Virus record (IMG/VR): IMGVR_UViG_3300020379_000574
Span: 1 to 44,498 of that record
DNA: 44,498 nucleotides
From: a virus
Lineage: Duplodnaviria > Caudoviricetes
Reading direction: 5' to 3' (one strand)
Shown: piece by piece, positions 27,989-38,800 of the stretch
Layout of the letters: every line of letters begins with the position of its first letter
Numbering within the stretch: position 1 is the stretch's first letter
Position numbers and translations under genes: made by a program
The notes under the pieces: generated by a model
Seen by the model: the letters and a program-made list of their open reading frames with translations, nothing else
Told to the model about the DNA's origin: nothing
Databases searched by the model: none

Positions 27989-29803
27989 TTAGAACTCAAT
28001 AACTAGTTTGATATCTTCAATCTGGTCAGGAGCACGAGTGATTAGTCGTCTGTTCTCAACGTAAATAACGCTTCCAGAATTATTTTCAATTTCTGGGTTA
28101 GCAAGACCACTAGAGAATGTGGAACCTAATAGAGCAGAGTTATAACTTGTGTCTACATTACCAGATGTGACTGAAGTTTCTCCAGTAACAGCGTTAGAAC
28201 CATTACTTTCAAATGGTCTTACAACACCATCATCAGTGTGAGCATCATTTGTTTGGATATACTTAAGAACACCAGCAGTTGTTGAACCACTATCAAGTGT
28301 CCAAGAAACAACTGTACCTTCTGCAGTACCACCACTTACAGATTGAGTAATTTTCTCATCAACAGAGAAATCACCACCAGTACCTGTAATCTTAAGTGCT
28401 TTTAAACCAGAAAGTGTATTTGAAGTAGAGAAAGTTGTTGTTCCATAATCAAATGGATCAGCAATAATACCGATACGACGGAAGTCGTTATCCACAGGGA
28501 AGTCACCACCACCCTCAGCATATGTAAGACGGATATTTGTCATAACACGCTTACCGTTAAGTTCTACTTCGTGATCAGAACCGTGACCACCAGAAGGAGG
28601 AAGAACAATTTCAATAGCACCCTTAGCAGCAGCATCAATAGTAGCTTGACTGCTTAAACCAACGTCAGTAAAGACATTAGTGTTAGTAAGGAGAACATTA
28701 GCATAAGTGTAACCTGATCCACGAGCTTGAATCTCAACAGTATCAAGTGAAGTACCTGATGTTGTGAATTTTACAATACCACCACTTCCATCACCTTTAA
28801 TTGGTGCATATAAAGTTGTAGTGGCAGGGAAACCAGAACCTGCGTTCTCAATTAAAGCAACATCAGCAGCACCTGCAGTTGCCTGTGCAACTACTGCAGT
28901 TCTAGAAGCGTTTGCAGGAAGAACGATTGGCATGAAGTCAGAAGAAAGGAACTTCAGAACATCATCAGTTGGGATGGTGTACATATACTTCCAAATGTAC
29001 TTAGCACCAGTTGTTTCTGTATAAAGACCAGTAGAGGAGTTGTAGTTACCACCACCTGTAGTTGGTTCCTCAGTTGCATCTTGACCAGAAGAATTTGAAG
29101 GATCTTCTCCGTTGTATAGACACTTAAATACTTCGTATTGAGAGTTCATTACATAGAACTTAGCATCAGCAATGCTGTCTGCACCTGTTGCTGTTAATTT
29201 ACCGATTTGACCACCACCAGCTGGTGTAGCAGAATAGTCAGGTTTCCAACTATCAAACTTAGGGTTAGCTACTAAATCCCAGTTATAACGACGAATAACA
29301 GTTCTTGCAAAGGCATCAGTAATACGCTTGGCAGCAATTAACTCGTCGTAAAGTCCTCTTTTCTCTCTTTGGTTATCAAGAGGAAGAGGTGGAACATCTT
29401 CAGTAGCGTAACGATATACACCAGAAACTGCTTCGGCACCTGTGTCAGATCCACTACCACCGCCAGTTCTGCCCTTTAGAGCAGCATTGACACCTGGAGT
29501 TGAGTTTACACCACTACCACCAAATACGTCGGTCAAAAGAAGGGCACTGTCATAAACTGCAGCAATTGTGGCACGGAATGTTGCTCCAGCGTAGTTAGCA
29601 CCAACGTACACTTCGTTACCGACCACGAATGCTGTTGCATTTTTAGTATGAATCTCTAGATAAGATTTCCATGGTTGTGGTCTTCCCACAAAGAAGTACA
29701 TCCTAGAGCGTTCCGCACTAGTATCATTGGGACCCTCCGTGAGAGATTCCAAAAATTGTTTAGCATTAAAGATTCTAAACTTATCAGAGATAATAGCAGC
29801 CAT
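27989..29803 (-). CDS. gp8: Baseplate wedge subunit gp8
   Basis: Motifs MAAIISDKFRIFNAKQF, FYVMNSQYEVFKCLYNG and YIWKYMYTIP, with C-terminal IYVENR..ITRA.DQIEDIKLVIEF. It follows the gp7-like gene. Confidence 0.9.
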   Translation of the reverse strand: MAAIISDKFRIFNAKQFLESLTEGPNDTSAERSRMYFFVGRPQPWKSYLEIHTKNATAFVVGNEVYVGANYAGATFRATIAAVYDSALLLTDVFGGSGVNSTPGVNAALKGRTGGGSGSDTGAEAVSGVYRYATEDVPPLPLDNQREKRGLYDELIAAKRITDAFARTVIRRYNWDLVANPKFDSWKPDYSATPAGGGQIGKLTATGADSIADAKFYVMNSQYEVFKCLYNGEDPSNSSGQDATEEPTTGGGNYNSSTGLYTETTGAKYIWKYMYTIPTDDVLKFLSSDFMPIVLPANASRTAVVAQATAGAADVALIENAGSGFPATTTLYAPIKGDGSGGIVKFTTSGTSLDTVEIQARGSGYTYANVLLTNTNVFTDVGLSSQATIDAAAKGAIEIVLPPSGGHGSDHEVELNGKRVMTNIRLTYAEGGGDFPVDNDFRRIGIIADPFDYGTTTFSTSNTLSGLKALKITGTGGDFSVDEKITQSVSGGTAEGTVVSWTLDSGSTTAGVLKYIQTNDAHTDDGVVRPFESNGSNAVTGETSVTSGNVDTSYNSALLGSTFSSGLANPEIENNSGSVIYVENRRLITRAPDQIEDIKLVIEF

Positions 29804-29839
29804 TGTTTTTCTGTTCCGACGTAGTGTTTGTGCCTGAGT

Positions 29840-29864
29840 TATTTATATTTATACTATATTTATT
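29840..29864 (-). promoter_or_regulatory. Cluster of three late-promoter boxes upstream of gp8
   Basis: Minus-strand TATAAATA at 29840-29847 and 29846-29853, and AATAAATA at 29857-29864. Confidence 0.75.
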
Positions 29865-32800
29865 AAATTGTGTATGGGACTAATACATCTGCGGCAGTAA
29901 TAGACGTAGGTCCGCTATACACAGTACAACCTGTAAATTCGGTTTGTGTCTTACCAGTGTATTTAATCACCGTACCACCACTGGTGAATAGGTATCCCTC
30001 ATCGCGGAAGTATGTTGTGCTTTGAACAACGACATTTCCAGAGATAGTCCCTGTAGAAGAACTAATAGCAACAGGATCTTGAATTGATGGTGGCATCAAA
30101 TTAAACCTGTCACCAGATATAGTGAAACTAGAATTACTACGATCAGTGAAGTCCCTCAATGTTAATGATGGGAAATATGTATCGATATTTTCAAGTGACA
30201 ATCCAGAAACTCCTGCGGAACCATCATCAAACATTCCTTCAAAATGACTAATTGTATGACCAATATTTCCTGGTGTGTATTCCCCAATATAACCAGTATC
30301 CTGTCCAAGTACAGCGTTTACAACTTCAACAACATTGCTATTTCTTTGAGTTACCGTTTGTTCCAATAGAGTTACAAATCCATTGTTTCTAGTTTCAATT
30401 GGATTAGTGAAGTAAACTGTTTCTACATATCCATCAATAATACCACTTGGAGGAGTTACTAATAGTACCTCTAATGAAGTTTTAGTAATTTCAAATTTAG
30501 ATGTAATTACTTGAAGATGAACATCAACTGGAGAAGCAATGTAATGAATGTTATAAACAGAACTTACAGATTCAAAAGGTATGGTGGAAATAGATTCCGT
30601 TACAAATGATGTTAATAGAGTAGATATAACCTCTGGTTGTACTTCAGCAGTAATTACTGTAGCAGAGTGGATTACATCTATTTGATTTTCAACTGCAACT
30701 TGATATTGAGATTTCTTCTCAGTTCTTCCAGTTGCTTCAGCACCAACACTTACAGCAACTAGTTGAGATTCAGATTCAATCTTAGCAATTCCAACAGGAG
30801 CAACAGATACAAGTTCTGGAATCTGTCTTAAGAAAGTACCAGCAGTCCAGTTCTGTTCAGTAGTTCCTTTTCTTGCTCTAGTAATATAAAGGAATCTATC
30901 ATTAAGTTTTCTAGCATAACTTACAACTTCATCTCCAACTAATAGGAGACCTGTTCCGTAGAACTTAGATGTATCAGGAATGTAAGCAATACTATCACCA
31001 ATATTGAAGTCAAGATCAAGATATGCAGCATTCTCAAAGTAATTGATGTTACTAATTGCATTATTAGGAATATCAATCTGTGTAGTTGCTGTGATTACCT
31101 TAGTTACACTAGAAATAGTGTTAGCACTTATAATATCCTGAACCTCTGCCTTAACAATAGTTTCAGAACCTTGAAGTCTTAATACACCTCCTTGTCCATC
31201 AACCTGTACAGGTTCTGGTTCAATATAAACAATATCAGCACTTTCATTAGGAGATATTAATTGATCCCCAACTGGCATAGTTCCATCAGAAGAACCATCA
31301 AGTATATTAGTAACTCCAGTTTGAATTTCTGCCTCAATCTTCTTAGAGATGTCTTTTGGACTGAGAAGATCTATAGAAGAGAAAGAGAATGCATCAACTA
31401 ATCTATTACCAAGAATCTGAATAGTTGATATGGCAGTCATTCCAGATGTTTCTATAACTGGATTAACTCTTAAGTTGATTAGTGATACACCAACCCCTCT
31501 TTCAGATAGAATATCAAATCTTCTGGTTGTAATAACTTTAGGCGCAGTAGTATAACCAGAACCACCATCTAATAGATCAACACTAAGTACCTCACCTTTC
31601 CTACCTACTAGAACATTTGCTTTAGCACCACCACCATTACCATCTACAGGTTCAAACTTAAGTACAGGAGGTGTAAAGTATTGATATGCAGTTGGTTGTG
31701 TAATAGGATCATAACTACGTTGATTCCATGTTAGTTTGGTAATGGATCCATTCCCATCAATAGTAGCAACTACTGAGAGACCTTCTCCTCTAGTGACTCC
31801 AGTATAAGATTCAATCTTTACATTACCAAAAATATCATTGGTAGTTGGTTTTCCAGTTCTACCTTCTTTACTAATTGCTTCTTCTGGTAGTTGTTTAATT
31901 TCACGGAACCCTTCTTCACCTTCTACACGAATCTTATCTCCTTTAGTAAGATACACAAAAGGATTTTTATATGTTTTTCTAAAGAACGTACCAAACCAAA
32001 GAGCATTGTCATCTCTAAGAAGTTTTCTACCAACTTCATCCTTTGTGAATGTAATACCAACGTTAGAAATATCACTATCTGCAATAGTATAATTTCTAGA
32101 ATATCTTCCCTTTACAGCAAAAGTAAAATCCAATCCACTCTCAATAACAGCGTTTTGAGATTTAAGATTGTATGTTACTGTGTTTCCAGATTTAAATGGA
32201 TTTGAAAGTTCACCAATTACATTATATGTTCCATTTGCTCTTTGTTGCCAAACATGAATAGTTGATCCAATAGAATCTCCCATCCAAGTATACTTAAAGT
32301 ATGCATCAAGGATTGTTGGTGTAGAATCAAATGTAAACACACCTTGTGTAAAGTAGGTGTCTGGAGCATAATCATAGATGTTCAATACTTGTCCAACATC
32401 TCTACCATAAAGGTATCTGATGTCAACTTTCATTTCCTTTTTAATAGGAACATTAAAAGTAATATTTGGACCAGCTACTGAATAAGAATATCCTTTTCTT
32501 TGTAGGACTCCATCTAAGAATACGTATAAAGCATCATGTGCTTCAATACCTTGTACTGTATAATCCTCTACATCTAAAATTAAGAAAGGACCATTTTTAA
32601 CCCCATCAACTAGGTTATAATCAATGGTAAGTCGTTTGTAATTACCAACTCCAATACCAACAACTTTTTCTACTGCACTTGGTTCACCAATAGTCTTAGC
32701 ACCTAAATCTTGATCCCAAATAGGAGCAACATCGAATTTAATTAAGTTAGGAATTACAGTTCTATCAATAAAGTAAGAATCCTCTCCTGGATAACTTTCA

Positions 32801-35800
32801 GTGTACTTGGGTCTTTGTAGTACAGCATTGATTGTAAGGAATAAATCTTCATCTTCTTCTGTGTTTACCTCAGAACCATCATCCCAATATAGTTCAAATT
32901 CTTTTGTTTCTCCATCAACGTAATCTGGAAGTGCTTTAGTTACAGATTCTTCCTTGAGAACATCATCCAAATTGTCATATAAGGAATCAATAGCAGAAAC
33001 AACAGTAACACATTCTTGTGCTGGTAGTAAAGGATCAAATATAATATTATAATTTGAATATGTTAAAGTAGGAGTCCAATTACCACGTTTATTAGGATTC
33101 TCTTTTGTTATCGATACAAGTCCTGGTCCCCCTGATAAAACACTATCTAAAATACTATGGAATGTTTGCAAAGCACTCTCAACCTCTGCACACACAGGAC
33201 TTACAGAATCAACTAGAACATCTGGATCTGTAACAGCTCCTTGGTTCTTCATTGCTGTAATCATAAGATTTCTTGCATAAGCAAACGTAGCAAGTGTTTC
33301 TGTTAATGTATCAGAAACATATGATAATGTTTCTCCATATGGATATTGTTCCTTTTTAAAGTATAGTCGTGCAGCTTCAACAATCCTTTCATTACCACCA
33401 AATTGTAGGTGATAAACATAAGCATCAATAATAAGACCTAGATCTCTTCCACACTTGGTTTCAATAGTTCCCCAATTAAGTGATGGATATTGTGCTTGTG
33501 CCCAAGCTAGAGATTGTGTAATAATATCTGTTTTGTTTAGTGCAATTAGTTCTCCACCTTTGTAGAACATACCTTTGCTTAAACCACTCCAAGAGAATGA
33601 TGCTTGATCACTTCCACTAAATGAAGTAGCAACATATAATGTAGAACCATCAGGAATATCATAAGTTTCACCGTCAACAACACGACCAGTGTTAGTTGGA
33701 AGTGTTGTATTACCAGCTGCAGCTGTTCCAGATATATCTGTGATTCCATCAGGAACACCACCGCCACCACCAGAGTTTGCTAATGCACTATTACTTAATG
33801 TAAGTTGAGTAGCACTATCGATAGATACAATCTTAGTTCCTTCTGGATATGATCTACCAGAACTAACAAACATACCAACAGCAACATTTTCTGTTGATGA
33901 TACATTTATTGTCTTGGAACCTTGGATATAAGAAACCCCAACATCAATGTAATCCCAATTACGAATAGCAAGTTTTGCTAATCTAGATGCATATGCAAAT
34001 ATATTCGTAGATTGAGTTTTGTTATTTTGAATATAGAGGTAATCATCATCTTGATTGAAAATTGATGTATAATTAACAGTTTTGATATTACCACCAAATC
34101 TGATATCATGATCATACGCATCTAAAATAGCTCTGATATTTCTTTCATAGTCATCTTGTTTAGTTGCCCAATCTAGAGTAGGATAAGTTGCCTTACCATA
34201 TCCAATAGTTTCATTAATAATAAACTCTGCATTCCTTTCAATTTGATTCGCAGCATCAATCCATGTACCACTGCGTTGGAAAATATTTTTTAATTTTCTT
34301 AGGTGCTTAGTATTGTATTGATTATCCTTAAACTGGAATACCTTACCATAGAAAGTAACACCCTTATAAGCAGAACCATTTTTAGTTCCATCTCCCAATG
34401 GTGGAGCAGAGAATACAATAGTATCGTTATTGATAGTGTATGAAACTCCTGGTTCTTGAAGAATACCATCAAGTGTAACGATAAGACCTTTATCGCTTGA
34501 TGGGAAGAAAGGAACACCTAGATCACTAATGATTTGGAATGTTGTAGTTCCTTGTAATCTACCATTAGTATCATAGTAACCATCAAAAGGTGCTGCAAGA
34601 GTAAATTCAAATGCACGAACTTCATTGAATAAGAATTCACTAGGTGCAGCAGTACCAACTGCCTTGTTGATTCTTGTATTCTCTACTTTTTGTATACTCT
34701 GAGTAACAACTCTCTGCTTGATATCGCTAGTAATCTTGTTCTTCTCAGGATCCCAAAGTTGTATAACACTATAATGAGATGACTTTGGCATCTCTATTGG
34801 CATCTCGGAACTAGCAGTTCCTTCTACATCAACTTGACCAAACAGTTTAAATCCTGCAGGGTGTGTAGTAGATTTAATTAAATCACGCCACTGTTCAATA
34901 GATGTTTGAGATTTAATAACATATGAATAATCTTGGTAGAAGAAACTATCAGTAATCTTCTGATTTGATACACCTAATTTACCTCTATCAGAACTATAGT
35001 ATCCTAGGTTATCATAGAAACTGTTAATCTCTTCACTGAACGTAGATACAAATACAGATTTAACATTACCAGTTATTGTAGTTAAAGATGATTGAATATT
35101 AATACCTTCACGTATAGTACCTGTGGTATTCTTTAGTTTTATTAAATTAGAACCTAATCTCCACTCTGCTACAGTTGCTTTGAATACTATATTATTATCA
35201 ATCTTTTGAATTACTTCCTCACCAATTCTAAAATCACCATTGAAGTTTGTTAACGCAGCAATGTAATTTGAATTGAATGTAGATGCTACAGTTTTATCTA
35301 AATGGAACGCTCCACCATTTGTAGTGATGTTTACACTACGTGGAACACCAATAGAAGTGCTTTCAACATATGCATCAACATCACCTTCTACAATAATAAT
35401 CTCTGGTGCATAAGTATATCCTTTTCCTGTACTTTCTACAGTAATAAATGAAACTTCTCCATTTCTTACCAACACCTTGAAAATAGCATCAGCTCCATCA
35501 GCATCAAGAACGAATACTTTAGGGTTTGAATAATTTTTTCCTTTGTTTGTAACTTCTACACCTGTTATAACTTGAGAATCTTCATCAAATACAACTTTTG
35601 CAGTTGCTCTATATGAAGTAGTAGGATCAGCACCAACAATAACAGGAACTTTTTTATAATTGAGTCCTAGATTAACAATACCTACCGTATTAATCTTTCC
35701 GATAGCGAACTGACCAGTAGTAGTATAAGAAATGGTTCCAGAACCGTCCCAAAGAGGATCACTAGAAACATCGTATACAAAACGATTTGGTGTAACATAG

Positions 35801-38800
35801 TTAACCTCCTTAACACCTTGTAGTGGGTCAGTAACAATTTTAAAATATGCCCCATCAGAAAGAACTACATTCTTTTTGTCAAAATAATAGAAGTTAGTAA
35901 AATCAGTTCCTACTTTTGTTTGGTAATTGTTATCAGAAAGTCGTGAACCAAATCCAAATTTAACATCAGTAAATGATCCTGGATTACCAGGTAGAATTAA
36001 AGATTCTACTTTTTCAACAGTAATTAAGTTATAGTTGTTACTTGGACTAATATCAAAGTAAGTCCCAGTTAAACTAGAATGAGACGTATCAAACTTGTAC
36101 TTGTAAAACTCTTGTAAATCAATATTTGGATTTGCAGTAAAGTTTGTATTATCAGTTGAGAATTCAAATTTATATTCAATTTCAGTAGCAGTGTTAATAG
36201 ATACCAATCTTTGTGGTGTGCTTGAATCAAAGAAGGTAGAACTTAATACTACTTTAGATGCAGTTGATTTTAATGTTCCATAATCATATACAATTTTAAT
36301 TGTTTGTGTGTCACGATCATATGATTGGATGTAACCAGAATTAGAACCATCAAAAATTTTATAGTTATCAGTGAAATTATATGTTGGTTTGTATAACTCT
36401 ACTTCCTGTCCATCAAAATGATCTACATCTTCTGTGCCCTCTTTACCTCTGGATACAAGTAAATCATTTCCAGTGATACTTTCAATTTCAACAATTTCGT
36501 TACCAATCTTGACAAGATCTCCAGCAGCAAATCCTAAGACACTATCTACAGTAACTCTTGTACCACCAGCAGGAACACCAACATGTCCAACATATAATGT
36601 CAATCTTGCTGTAGACACAGAAGCACCAGATCTTACTAGGTCTTCATCTGCAACACTAAGGTAATCTCCTCTTGCATATCCAGAACCAGTATCTTGTAAT
36701 TGAATATTAGATATTACACCAGCATCTGAAACAGTAAAGGTAGCTGTTGCTCCAGATCCTGATCCACCAGTAAGATCCACACTAGTGTAAGTACCAGTTG
36801 TATAGTCAGCACCACCATTGAGGATTTCATATCTTCCTATTCCCGTTGAATTAATTGTACTCTTATTTTTAGGTGGTACTAGTACTGCTTGTTGATATAA
36901 TCTTTTCCTTACGTAATAATCTTTAGTTTTAGTTACATCATTAGGATTGATGTCAACTGTTACTCTATCACCAACACCTAAACCATGTGGTGCTGTTGTC
37001 TCAATCAATGCAACACTTTGATTTACATCAAATGGTTCTAAATTATCACTAAGGGAAGTAATACGAACTAATTTAGTTCCAGAAGTATTGAACAAGTTAC
37101 TTGACTGGAGGAAGTAATCATCATTGACAACCCATGTTCCAGTAAGAACCTTGATCACTACTACGTTTTGACTACTAGTTCCTTCTAGAATTTCACCAGT
37201 AGCAATAGGAGCATTGACACCATCAGTTAAACTTAAAATTGCTCCTTTCGTATAATTACTTCTCTGATCAAGAAGCATAGTGAAAGTTTTGATAGTAGCA
37301 GAGAAAGTTCCAGTTTCATCAAATGTACCATTAACGTTTCTTAGTACAATTGTATTATCGTTCTTTACTGTACCAACAATAGAACCAGAAGCACCAGATG
37401 ATGGTTGGTTTAATGTATCATCAGCAAATAGATATGCATTCTGAATAGTTGTTAATCTAACAACCTTATCTTCTTTAGATTCTAAGTAGTTTACTGATTG
37501 TCCAGTAACTGAATTTACAATTGCTTCTACTTCAGATCCCTCTGTACCTTTATTATCAAATCTAACTTGAGAATTGATAGAGAAATTTGGTGAAGTGCCT
37601 TCTACTTTAACTGCTTCTACATTTCCTTGTTGTACTTCTGCAATCTGTGCAACAAATCCTTCACCATTTCTCTGCATTCCATTTTGATAGAATCTCTTTG
37701 AATTCTTAGGAATATCATTTTGACTAATGTTAGAATTATAGTTACTATCAACAGGTAGAGAATAGAAATTCTCTCCTAAAGTATATGGGAATTGCGGTAC
37801 TTGATCGCTATCAATAGTAAGGAAATAAGCATAAGTTCCTTTCGGAAAGTCAGGGGTAATGCAAAATCTTCCATTGTTTTCGTCTAGTGTGCCACTCTTA
37901 TGAGTGTAGGTGTAATCATTAACAAAAGATCCCAGAGGATATTTTGTCAAAGATGGACCTTCTGATCTAGCTCCGTTAATGGCATAACCAGAGGTCATCC
38001 TTTCAATAGAAGATGTTGAATCTAATGGATCTTCATAACCAAATGGACCATAGATTGGGTTACCGTCATAAGCAAATCCAATAATAGGAGAGTGAATTTT
38101 TATAGATGGTTCAGATCCTGCATTGTTGATGTTGTCATTTAAATCAACACGTAAAGCTTTAGGGTTAGCAGCATATCCATAACCATATTCTAAATCTGAA
38201 GGATTATAGTTTTGGAAAATATAACCATTCTCTGTGTCTAATTCATTTCTTAATTTTTCAAATCTATTAAAGTTCCATTCTTTAAGAAGAGGAATACCTT
38301 CTGCACCATTACCAACTGGAATGACATCAACAACAACTGTATCTTGACTATAGAAGTTACCTTCAGAAACCATCTCAAATCCAGTGATCTCACCATCAGT
38401 ATTCACAGTAGAAAGGTATTCAGCAAATCTACCACGTCCTGCAGCGTCTCTGATGACGATTAGAGGGGCAGCAGAGTAAAACTCACCAGAGTTGTTAATA
38501 ACTAAACTGGTGACCTTACCGCCCGTTACAACAGCACTTACATCTGCATTACGACCAGAGGTAATAGTAATGTCTGGAGTCCTAGGGAATACGTCATTGG
38601 TATCAACAACGATACTTTCTACAACCTGACCAGCAAGAATTGCTCTTGCTTTATTAGGAACTTGATCAATTAACACAAAAGGTGGTTTAGAATAACCAGT
38701 TCCTCTAGTATTAATTTTAATTTCTTCTAATTTTCCATATCTAACACTTTCTGGATCTTTGTATCCATAGAAAGGAACACCATTTAAAGCAATACCAACA

